Virus record (IMG/VR): IMGVR_UViG_3300007764_000117
Location: 1 to 41,831 of that record
Length of the DNA: 41,831 nucleotides
Strand: one strand, 5' to 3'
DNA from: a virus
Lineage: Duplodnaviria > Caudoviricetes
Below are positions 16,101 to 23,822 of the stretch, in pieces. The notes beneath the pieces were generated by a model. The model was given only the letters and a program-made list of their open reading frames with translations, was not told the DNA's origin and did not search any database. Within the stretch, counting starts at the first letter, position 1; every line of letters starts with the position of its first letter. A program made the translations under genes and the position numbers.

Positions 16101-19100
16101 TGTATACGGCCAGGTTGTAGACATTCACGTGCGATATCACATCAGCATTACGCCGGAGATAGGTAAGCGTACGTCCGTAGCTCTCGGGTGTTTCCTGGGG
16201 CAGCCCGATGATGACATTCGGAATGAGGGAGATGCCAGATTCCCTGAGCTTCTCAGTGGCCGAGTCGATGATGGCCGTTGTGGCCGGCTTATGCTGCTTC
16301 TTCAAGATGTCGTCGTTGTAGGACTCGACGCCCAGTTCCACGAACCGGACACCGGCTTGCTTCAAGAAGTCCGCGTCCAGTTTCTTCATCTGTGCGGCCG
16401 TGGTCTGGATAATAAAGCCGCTGAAATTCGGGTTTTGTGCCTTGAGAACGTCGTACGCCTTGGCCAGGTCTGTGTAGTTGGATGCCTGGCCGAAGGTTTT
16501 ATCGTTCACATACACCAGCGTATAGTCGAGATCGGAGAACGACTTGAGCTGTCGCTTTACGTCGGCCGGAGGAAGGATACACAGATTCTTCGGGACGACG
16601 CAGAAAGCACACTTGTGGAGACATCCCTCCGACAGTGTGAGCCGGGGTTGAACGGCCGTTCCCGCGAAGTGCCGATAGTCGGTCCCCTTCGCAAACTTCC
16701 TTCCGGACTGATCCTTCACAAACTCCGCGAGGGTATCGTACGCCACGACGTTCGGAAGGCCCGCGAACTCCGTATTGAAGTCCACATACCCGCCAACGGA
16801 TATCGGCCCGGCATACCCCTCCGCGACTCTACGCACCAGGCTCTTGTTCACGTCGAGGACGCTAAATGCTACCTGCCCATAGCCGGCCTCGTTCATAAAT
16901 CGTACAGCTTCATCCACGTCTCGTACCACGTACAAGTCCGTGTTGGGGAGGTTGTAGGCGGCCTGGCCGATCCACTGGGGCAGTTCCCAGAAATCATCGG
17001 CTCGCACGTAGCCGCGTCTTTTCGCGTACAGGGCATCCGAATACTGGTCCTGGGCGGACCCCCTACTCTCCGTCTGGAGGAGATCGAACGACCACTGCAC
17101 CAGCAGCACCCGTTTCGAGTTGGACTTGTCTCGGGTCTGGCGGACCCACACATTGCGATTCGGCCGGTCCAGAGTCTTAGAGCCCTCCTCATATGTAGCG
17201 AAGGGGGCTGTGGTCGCCGATCCCGGGGCGTCCTTGGCGACACGAGAAGCTCGCTTGGATGCTTCCTGTGCGGCCCTCTTTGACAGAGTGGTGGTTGTCT
17301 GAAGGGATGTTGCAAGTTTCGTGGGTGACACGGCCTTCTCGGTGGGCACCTGCTCGGCAGGAACCGTATCCGCAGGTGCCGCATCCTCTACTGTAACCGG
17401 AGTAGGGTCCCCGCTCCGCATGGTGGCCGCCTGGAAGGTCGGAGGGCGTTCAAGGCCCTCTCGGGAAAGAGTCGGCACCGCCTCTGCCGTAGCCTCGTCC
17501 ATGGAGGACTCGGCCGACTGCAAGAGTCTGTCGAATGATTCTTCCGTCCCAGCCAGCTTCGTAGAGGCACCCCAGACCAGGCCCGGGAGGATCGACCCAC
17601 TCGGCCCCTCTACCGGCTCCAGACCAGCATCACGGAGACCAGCCTGAAAGTCCGACTTGATCCGGGCTACGACATCGGCCGAGTCTCCTTCGGTCCTCCC
17701 TGCGAGGAGTACAAGGGCCTGATCGCCCTCGACCGATGACTGGTCCAGGTTCCACTTAAACCGCCTGGCCGTACTGCGGCGGACGTTGGACTCGACGGCC
17801 TTCTGGAAGATTCCCCGGACCCTACCTGCCACCTCGCGGCCAGCGGGACTATGCTCGGCGAAGGGTTCCAGATCGGCAACAGCCAGGCGGACCACGGCCA
17901 CGGGCCTCCCGGTTCGTTCACTCGATCTGAACATCCGCTTTGTGTCTACATCCGAGAATACTGGTCGCTCAGCGGCCGTCTGAGCCCTCTTCCCCGCTTT
18001 GGCGGGTTCTGACCCCCTTTCGGTCTGTTCGTTTAGTCCTGAGCGACCCTGGGCCTCGTCCATCCGTCTCTGGGCGTACTCCAACTGGGCCCGTATCTGG
18101 CTCGGGGTGGCGTTGGCTGGCAGGTCCTCCAGTATCAGGCCGAGTTCAGCCTCAGATATACGCTCCTTCGCCCGGATGAACTCGCTCGGACTCATATCCG
18201 CCGGCAGGGACTGTGCCTGCTCCTGGAGCCGGCGGCGTACATCCTCTGGGCGGGTTCCCCGGGTGAGGACATCCGCTTGATCGAGGAGGTCTGTCGCCCG
18301 CCCGTTCAGAGCGGGGTCCAGCGTATGTCCCGGCCCGGCCAACTGCGGGGGCGTATTGGTCTCTCCGGGCTCGAACGTGGCGGCCCCGGCCAGACCGCCC
18401 ACAACGGCACCGGCCAAGCCTTCCATGATCGCCCCTTTGATAGCCTCCCAGTCGATGTCGTGAAGGTCAAGGCCCTGTGCAATAGCCGCCTGAGTCATGG
18501 CCTGGCTGAACTCGGTCCCACCCTCGGTGAGGGAGGTAATCGCGGCCTTTGCCAGGCGTCCGAAGGTATCGGGCGAATTCTTGGAGAGGAGTTCAAACGG
18601 ACCCACCCGCTCCAGAACACCGGATACGACGCCGTACGTAATGGCTCCCCCGGCGGCAACCTGGCTCGCGTCTCTCGGGTCCATGCCCTGTTTGGAAGCG
18701 AACTCCATGTACTGATCGTACGCTTGCGGGGTCTCCACCGCGAACATGTTGGCCGCTACGGCCGTAGACCCCAGGAACCGGCTCACCAGGCCCTGACGTA
18801 CGGCAGAGCCGGCTCCAGCGGTGACCGCGAACTGGGGGACTTGCTCGCCTATGATAGAGTAGATATTGAATCCCTCGGGCAGATACGGGATGTTCTCCTT
18901 CTTGTTGAAGCCGGCGAAGATATCCTGCACCTGCTCGGACCGCAACAGCTCCGCTTGTCGCTTTGCTCGGTAGGGGTTGCTGGTGGAGACTTCAGCCCCA
19001 AGGTCTGACCCATGGATGGCATCGTGAACGGCTTCGCCGATCATGGTTCCGATACGCTTCGGTCCGGTCTGGATGCGGTAGGTCCCGGTAGCCAGACCGC

Positions 19101-19713
19101 CGGCCAGGGACTTCAGTTCCGTCCACACCGGTACGTACTGGTTTTCCCACTTACCGTCCTTGAAAACCAGCGGCGGCAGTCGGCCCGCCCCCGGGGGCTG
19201 GAAGCCGTGGGCGGCGAGCACCCGATGCATGGCACCCATAGCTTCCTGGGTAGACGCATCGGGATATAGTTCTCGGTGCTGTTGCCATACCGCGTTTGCT
19301 ATCTCGGTCCGCCTTCTAAGATACTCACCCACTGCCCGATTGGGGGCCTCTGTAGTCTCCCACTCACTGAGCTTACGCCGCCGCACAGCTTCTCTGGTGG
19401 CGAAGTCCGTATCCTTCAGTAGGGTAGCCGTGGCCACCTCCAGCGGCATGTTACGCAGCTCGGGACGTTGGGAGCGATACGCCTTGGCGAGATCATCCCA
19501 GTAGGATACGAGGAAACGGGAAGAAGCCTCCGAGTCCTTACGAAGCTCCTCGGTACGTTTTGCCAACGAGTCCATCCGTCGAACGAAGGCCGCCTGCCGG
19601 GTATCCTCGCTATCGAGGACAAAACCCGACGGAAGATCGGGCGGGTCCTCCAGACGGAATCCCGGGGGCAATCCTGGTATGCTCTGGGGTGCTTGGCTCA
19701 CAGGGGCTCCCAC
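13189..19713 (-). CDS. Giant ejection/internal virion polyvalent protein with degenerate GGDEF-like and cobalamin-binding-like radical SAM domains
   Basis: Third of three genes after the tail fibre; N-terminal LPPGFRLE/LPSGFVLD; CLHKCAFC (CxxxCxxC, 16600-16623), VELGVESY, IIGLPQET, YSGT; GGDEF-fold-like segment ~17490-17940. Confidence 0.85.
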   Translation of the reverse strand: MGAPVSQAPQSIPGLPPGFRLEDPPDLPSGFVLDSEDTRQAAFVRRMDSLAKRTEELRKDSEASSRFLVSYWDDLAKAYRSQRPELRNMPLEVATATLLKDTDFATREAVRRRKLSEWETTEAPNRAVGEYLRRRTEIANAVWQQHRELYPDASTQEAMGAMHRVLAAHGFQPPGAGRLPPLVFKDGKWENQYVPVWTELKSLAGGLATGTYRIQTGPKRIGTMIGEAVHDAIHGSDLGAEVSTSNPYRAKRQAELLRSEQVQDIFAGFNKKENIPYLPEGFNIYSIIGEQVPQFAVTAGAGSAVRQGLVSRFLGSTAVAANMFAVETPQAYDQYMEFASKQGMDPRDASQVAAGGAITYGVVSGVLERVGPFELLSKNSPDTFGRLAKAAITSLTEGGTEFSQAMTQAAIAQGLDLHDIDWEAIKGAIMEGLAGAVVGGLAGAATFEPGETNTPPQLAGPGHTLDPALNGRATDLLDQADVLTRGTRPEDVRRRLQEQAQSLPADMSPSEFIRAKERISEAELGLILEDLPANATPSQIRAQLEYAQRRMDEAQGRSGLNEQTERGSEPAKAGKRAQTAAERPVFSDVDTKRMFRSSERTGRPVAVVRLAVADLEPFAEHSPAGREVAGRVRGIFQKAVESNVRRSTARRFKWNLDQSSVEGDQALVLLAGRTEGDSADVVARIKSDFQAGLRDAGLEPVEGPSGSILPGLVWGASTKLAGTEESFDRLLQSAESSMDEATAEAVPTLSREGLERPPTFQAATMRSGDPTPVTVEDAAPADTVPAEQVPTEKAVSPTKLATSLQTTTTLSKRAAQEASKRASRVAKDAPGSATTAPFATYEEGSKTLDRPNRNVWVRQTRDKSNSKRVLLVQWSFDLLQTESRGSAQDQYSDALYAKRRGYVRADDFWELPQWIGQAAYNLPNTDLYVVRDVDEAVRFMNEAGYGQVAFSVLDVNKSLVRRVAEGYAGPISVGGYVDFNTEFAGLPNVVAYDTLAEFVKDQSGRKFAKGTDYRHFAGTAVQPRLTLSEGCLHKCAFCVVPKNLCILPPADVKRQLKSFSDLDYTLVYVNDKTFGQASNYTDLAKAYDVLKAQNPNFSGFIIQTTAAQMKKLDADFLKQAGVRFVELGVESYNDDILKKQHKPATTAIIDSATEKLRESGISLIPNVIIGLPQETPESYGRTLTYLRRNADVISHVNVYNLAVYSGTELADVTQAKLETDIDENRVEKSFHEKPEVHRAFAQDIYAVGQELLDKPALGNLPPSNEIVVDAEKQGILWGGVKSLLSDESGALDVDGFGRVITGGLQGAAEEGAVLSGGVQALILDESGPLQRTKTGEFAVSLIDEAEARHRLMRGRLLQQFDDALADMNTATRHKVLAWMNSLQDDGDTNWKTLLEHPERLDRASVPPEIQPVAAAYLNMQEVTGKAAEDAGLPQLARKRNEDGSTSFAARRFKRAQSGKYFRSYTRDGQEALRYQRGPVWDALIAWLIEHPDRNPGLSTDAIELRRQLSGLRRSGATKKAGSLEYVRVFDDLPVSLRVGDRWVNLLTRDPRAHFMLALESQSRRIALWDTAQRMLLPRYGTFDEDSGEIVYRTPRTPPGVNDVDGLIDNLRSDVARGSTRPGRDERLFNRMLSNYQRVNLGGVMENYLVDLGDSRLAELATAIDRSVTAGVLSLAPIWDIFNPIRTAPAVGFRGFLRGYGNSLVTILTNPRKFSAEYEALGAVIDSHRDWTIHRDTWFHDVFVKDIPQALMTLGAFSERRSQFIVARTYDLWVQKLNQNRRMTPADARFLKRHLRLTDSQVYEIASGSMTEATRAKVLQNSVNTISGLPEARHRKGAVQNHPVGKFLFRFLSVTNSVARGAVRHTGDVAEDVRSMTHARTREARVAAAERLANSGWRLLAFVASVAGSGFLQRYARRAASGRPLIDPDDPESWTGLLAESMAEGGIFGPFYRMFEAARYSRGDLYRVPANLIFPLAVTTEVGMALLGLNQYDGTPFSRRLESLGVRYTPVWKAARGWWARATYPTREDYYQTRKLSRVFNEKLGRKPEPGMGPKNFHYLVIFEAVRDSDKPALLERLDAYKSWAKSEGLSAEEARLRLRASLESRSPISVPRKNQAEFLGGLSPANRIMAKTAEENYQKITDSITHPIGRPVRPRRANMPKPVSRLTGDWYNAR

Positions 19714-20492
19714 TTTCCGTTGCGGCGAATGAGCCGCTGACCTTGCGGCCCAACCGCCACCTTGCCCTCATACGGATCGGACGAGGGTGCGGCCGAGCCA
19801 TCAGCGAATGGGTCAATCGTGCCGGCCTTGTACCCGGCTACGATAGTCTTTTCCTTCTCGTTGAGCTGTTGCAGCCCGCTCGTTACCTCATCCAGTCTTG
19901 CTCGGAACTGTTCCTCGGAACCGAATCGCTCGGACAGATTCGGGGCCCCCCGCCACTTCTCCAGCTCGTCGAGTTGCTCCTGGAGTTGTCTGCGTTTGTC
20001 CTGGATCGGCCGGCGAAGAAGGTTCAATTCCTGGGCCGGAGTGACCCTCCGGGGCTCGTTGGTACGCGGCATGATTGCTTCCCGCACCAACGTATCATTC
20101 CCGCTAAGAAGCCCCAGACGGGCCTTCTCGTACGCAGCCGGGTCGATCTCACCCGAGGCCAGGAGGCGATCCAGATGTTCCTGTTGCTGTTGAAGGCCCT
20201 GCTGTTGCAGAGCATTCTGGCTCAGGAGTCTCTGCATGGCCGGAGACATCGCCGGCTGTCCGGATATCCCTCGCGAGGACGTAGCAGAGGCCCTCCTGGA
20301 GGCCAGAGCATTCTGGAGCCGGAAGGCACGCTCCTCGGCCTCCCTGGCTGCCTGCTGGGCCCTGTCTCCCTGGATAAGACCGAGGAGCTGCTGCACACGT
20401 TGCTCCTTCGTGAGCGTACCTTGGGCCAAGCCGGCAACGCGGGCCAGCTCCAATCCAGCAGTTATCGGGCTATATCGTAGCTCTATCGGCAT
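19698..20492 (-). CDS. Putative ejection (internal virion) protein
   Basis: Gln/Ala-rich coiled coil; C-terminal KVAVGPQGQRLIRRNGKWEPL; synteny. Confidence 0.65.
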   Translation of the reverse strand: MPIELRYSPITAGLELARVAGLAQGTLTKEQRVQQLLGLIQGDRAQQAAREAEERAFRLQNALASRRASATSSRGISGQPAMSPAMQRLLSQNALQQQGLQQQQEHLDRLLASGEIDPAAYEKARLGLLSGNDTLVREAIMPRTNEPRRVTPAQELNLLRRPIQDKRRQLQEQLDELEKWRGAPNLSERFGSEEQFRARLDEVTSGLQQLNEKEKTIVAGYKAGTIDPFADGSAAPSSDPYEGKVAVGPQGQRLIRRNGKWEPL

Positions 20493-20502
20493 GGTTCCAT
20501 CC

Positions 20503-21594
20503 CTACTCGATCCCGAGGTTGGATCGGAGCTGATTATACATCCCCTGCGACACGGCTCCGCCCCTCGGCAGACTTTTGTTGCCGTTCTTCTTCATCCACG
20601 CGACGTACTCTTCATACGGCAGCGTGAGCGGATTGAACGCGGCGGCACTCCCCCCTCCAGCCATCTGCTTCGCCATACTGAGAATGTTGGCCTCCGACTC
20701 CGAGGGCTGCCCCTCGCCACCATACCCGATCTTCGAGGCCGCGGCGGTGTCGAGGAGCTGTGACATCTCGGGAGAAGAAGTGGCCTCGGGTACCGAAATG
20801 GGCTCGGTTGCGGCTGGTCCCGCGGAGACGGTGCCGTGCTCCCCGAGGAAGACGGTGCCGCCACCCTGCATAAAGGAAGCCGGACTGGGGCTCGACGGTA
20901 CAGCCCCGCTGCCATGGGCCACGGCTCCCGGGCCGGTAACACCGGCCAAAAGCCCGGAAAAATCGGGCGTGGCAACGCCACCCAGGGACTCTCCCTGCGA
21001 GGGGGGAAGACCGGCAGACGCCTCGGATTCGGCCTGCCAGCGGCTGAGGACACCGCCGCCCGGCATTGTAGAGGGAAGTCGAACGGTAGACTTCTCCGCG
21101 GCCTTTTCAGACGCCGCCGCGGACTGGATCAGGGCGGCGAATTGTCCGAGGTCGGGGCCGGTGTCCCGCCGGCTGCTAAGGATACCGGCCTTCATCTGTC
21201 CTAGTGCAAGCTGGATGTTCGCGAGGTTTCCCAGGGCCGAAGCCTTCTGAGCTGCCAGGCCCTCTTCGGCCGATTGCAGGGCCTTCTCTTCCTCGGCGGC
21301 TATTCCGCGTCTGGTGGTCTCGCGTATGGTGGTGTTCCCGAGGCCCCTGCTCGTCAGGTCCTGTTCGGAAGACGCCCTGGCCCGAGCGGCCTGTTCCCCG
21401 ATCCGAGCACGGGCCGTCTCTCCCAGTTTGTCCAAGTGCGACATGATCTGTCCGTAGGTCCCCGCCATGCCCACCTGCTTCCGTAGCTTGCCCACCGTTT
21501 CCAGCAGCTTCTGATAACGCTTGGCGTTGGCTGCGTTGGCCTTCGCCTGCTCGGCGGCGATCTGCTTCTGTATGGCGGCGTAGTCAACCGGCAT
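20503..21594 (-). CDS. Putative ejection (DNA pilot-like) protein
   Basis: Ala/Gln/Gly-rich helices, QDLTSRGLGNTT motif, low-complexity C-terminal half; synteny. Confidence 0.65.
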   Translation of the reverse strand: MPVDYAAIQKQIAAEQAKANAANAKRYQKLLETVGKLRKQVGMAGTYGQIMSHLDKLGETARARIGEQAARARASSEQDLTSRGLGNTTIRETTRRGIAAEEEKALQSAEEGLAAQKASALGNLANIQLALGQMKAGILSSRRDTGPDLGQFAALIQSAAASEKAAEKSTVRLPSTMPGGGVLSRWQAESEASAGLPPSQGESLGGVATPDFSGLLAGVTGPGAVAHGSGAVPSSPSPASFMQGGGTVFLGEHGTVSAGPAATEPISVPEATSSPEMSQLLDTAAASKIGYGGEGQPSESEANILSMAKQMAGGGSAAAFNPLTLPYEEYVAWMKKNGNKSLPRGGAVSQGMYNQLRSNLGIE

Positions 21595-21868
21595 GGAGAA
21601 TCTCCTTCAGGGCCAACGGGTCGAGGGTAGAACCATTCACCGATATCACAGTGGGGTCCTCCGCGATCTGCACCCCGGCCATGGCAACTTTAGTCTCATG
21701 GCGAGCCACTTGGCGTATAACCCACAGCCGGATACACTCTTTTGCCCAGTCTCCGCTGGATACAAGCGGCGTCCCGTTCATGTTCGTCGGACGGGGATAG
21801 AGGCCCTCCAGAGCCGCAACTACCCGGCCCACCGCCGCGTCTGGAACTGTAAACGTAACCTCCATCAC
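21584..21868 (-). CDS. Hypothetical protein (possible fibre chaperone)
   Basis: Directly downstream of the fibre gene; RBS AGGAG. Confidence 0.6.
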   Translation of the reverse strand: MMEVTFTVPDAAVGRVVAALEGLYPRPTNMNGTPLVSSGDWAKECIRLWVIRQVARHETKVAMAGVQIAEDPTVISVNGSTLDPLALKEILHAG

Positions 21869-21875
21869 CCATCTC

Positions 21876-23822
21876 CTAGTTGAAATGAAGAATGCAGCGA
21901 GCTAGCACATGGGTACCGGCTCCACCGGCCGATACCGTTTCCGTGCAGTGGCCTATTTCGTCAAAGTGGCTGTCATGCTCTGGGATTCCGCCTCCCGGCG
22001 GAGCGGAAAGAGTAGCATCCGCGTACCCGGCTTCCGTCGTAGACGTACGTACCCAGTTACCGTGGGTGGAGCCCGTATTCGTCTCCAGAGCCACATCCGC
22101 TATGCCCGCTATGACCACCCAGGCTTCGCTTCCGTTACTCACCCCGGTATCTAGGAATACCCCGATGCAATCATCCCCATCCGCCGCTGTATAATCCACA
22201 GCGTCGTCGTACGAGGTGGACGTACGAACGAGTCTTCCTGCCACACTTGAACCGCCAGTACGGTTCGTGAGCTTCACGGCGTATCCGCCTATCGGGGTCA
22301 TTCTGCATTTCCCGCCGCCGCCCGTCACAGTACCAGTAGTAGTGAGGTCCCCCGCATTAAAATCGAACCCGCCCACGGCATATAGGTCCAGATTGGACCC
22401 GGTATACTGAATGTAGCTGTCCGTGGCCCCAGCCGCCCCCCAAAAGACTTTCGCGTTGTCCAGAGCCGCCCCCCGGTCCCCGTTCCCATACACGACGAAC
22501 TTTTCGTTCGAGTAGCCGTTGTGAACCCCAAGCACTTTGGCCGTAGCCGCCAGAGTCGTACGATTATTGCTCCCGTTGTGGCGGTAGCCAACCAGTACGA
22601 TACAGGGGGTAGTCGGGCTAGTGCCGCCGTGGTAGCCAAGTAGGCCGATGGGGATACCATTGTTCACCCCGCTCTCAGTGAAGCCAGAGAGCTGCATTCC
22701 GCCGGTCACCCCAGACCACGGACCCCATCGGGCCAGTTCATGTGCCCCCAGGGTTGGGCTAAACCCTGTGGCTGAGTAGTTTGGAGTGCTCATATCCGGA
22801 TCGCTGATGCGGAACAGCGGGTTTGTGCCCGGGGCGGTAGTCTGGGATTGAATCTCTTCGCCCACTATCGTCTGTATCGTAGCGGTGGATGTCGGCCCCG
22901 CTAGGTCGCCGGACAGGAAAACGTCGTTAGCAAAGGCAACGGTTCCTACCACCGGATCGCCTATGGACCCGCTGCTGAGGGCCAGGGTACCGGCGTAAAC
23001 TATAGGCCCTGATACTGAAGTGGAGGCCGACACCGTACCAAACGATCCACCACCAGTGGTATCAAGATCGTGTGATCCAAGGTCCACATCGCCCGTAGCC
23101 CCGTCATAGGGCACAAACAGATCGTTGAAATAAGAGCCATCCACAGCAAGCTCTCTATCGCCCGTGTCCAGAGCCAGTCCTTCTCCGATGGTACACCACT
23201 GCATGGAGCCCTCCGACGTATCGTAGTACAGAAGCGACTCTTCTGACGGACTGTCGGTAAGCTCCTCCAGGTCATGCCAAGACCACGTTAGGCTTCCTTC
23301 GGATATACTAAGGGTGGCTGTGTCCACAGACAGCCAGTCCGTGTACTCGGAATCATTGTTCCAGTACATGATCCTGTCGTCGCCCGGGTCTGTTAGAGAC
23401 TCCAGGCCGAGGAGAGACCACGTAAGCCCGGAACCGCCCGCATAAAGAGGGGCGTTAGCATCCACGTACAGACCGTCGGAGTCCAGACCAAGCCCTCCAG
23501 CCGCCCCCAGTTTGATCCGGAGATAATAGGTCCCCACGGACAGGAAGGTCTCCAGCCCGGACGTGGAAGTGAGCGATACGGCCAGCCCATCGGCCGTTCT
23601 TACTATGCCGCCGTCGGCATCTACCTTAGCCTGTAGGGCCCCACCGTCGAATTCCAGAGCAGGGACAGTAGAAAGACTTATAGTGATCTGCCCGTCAACG
23701 AGCGTCAGGCCATCGGACAGAAGTTTCTCCCACTGGGAGCCCCGCATCTTGGCCATGGCTCGCCGGGTGCGTTGATCCGCCTGCGGCAGTCGGTTGATAT
23801 CGTGGAACCCGGCGTTGGGCAT
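21876..23822 (-). CDS. Tail fibre / receptor-binding protein
   Basis: Gly/Thr/Ser-rich with beta repeats and VPYDGATGDVDLG; start at 23822 via TGATG overlap. Confidence 0.7.
   Translation of the reverse strand: MPNAGFHDINRLPQADQRTRRAMAKMRGSQWEKLLSDGLTLVDGQITISLSTVPALEFDGGALQAKVDADGGIVRTADGLAVSLTSTSGLETFLSVGTYYLRIKLGAAGGLGLDSDGLYVDANAPLYAGGSGLTWSLLGLESLTDPGDDRIMYWNNDSEYTDWLSVDTATLSISEGSLTWSWHDLEELTDSPSEESLLYYDTSEGSMQWCTIGEGLALDTGDRELAVDGSYFNDLFVPYDGATGDVDLGSHDLDTTGGGSFGTVSASTSVSGPIVYAGTLALSSGSIGDPVVGTVAFANDVFLSGDLAGPTSTATIQTIVGEEIQSQTTAPGTNPLFRISDPDMSTPNYSATGFSPTLGAHELARWGPWSGVTGGMQLSGFTESGVNNGIPIGLLGYHGGTSPTTPCIVLVGYRHNGSNNRTTLAATAKVLGVHNGYSNEKFVVYGNGDRGAALDNAKVFWGAAGATDSYIQYTGSNLDLYAVGGFDFNAGDLTTTGTVTGGGGKCRMTPIGGYAVKLTNRTGGSSVAGRLVRTSTSYDDAVDYTAADGDDCIGVFLDTGVSNGSEAWVVIAGIADVALETNTGSTHGNWVRTSTTEAGYADATLSAPPGGGIPEHDSHFDEIGHCTETVSAGGAGTHVLARCILHFN

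Noticed and set aside
15967-17283. 438-aa + strand ORF over the radical SAM region
   Set aside because: Antisense shadow; the motifs are all on the - strand frame.
17716-17730. Active diguanylate cyclase
   Set aside because: Signature reads EGDQA and the first metal-binding Asp is absent.
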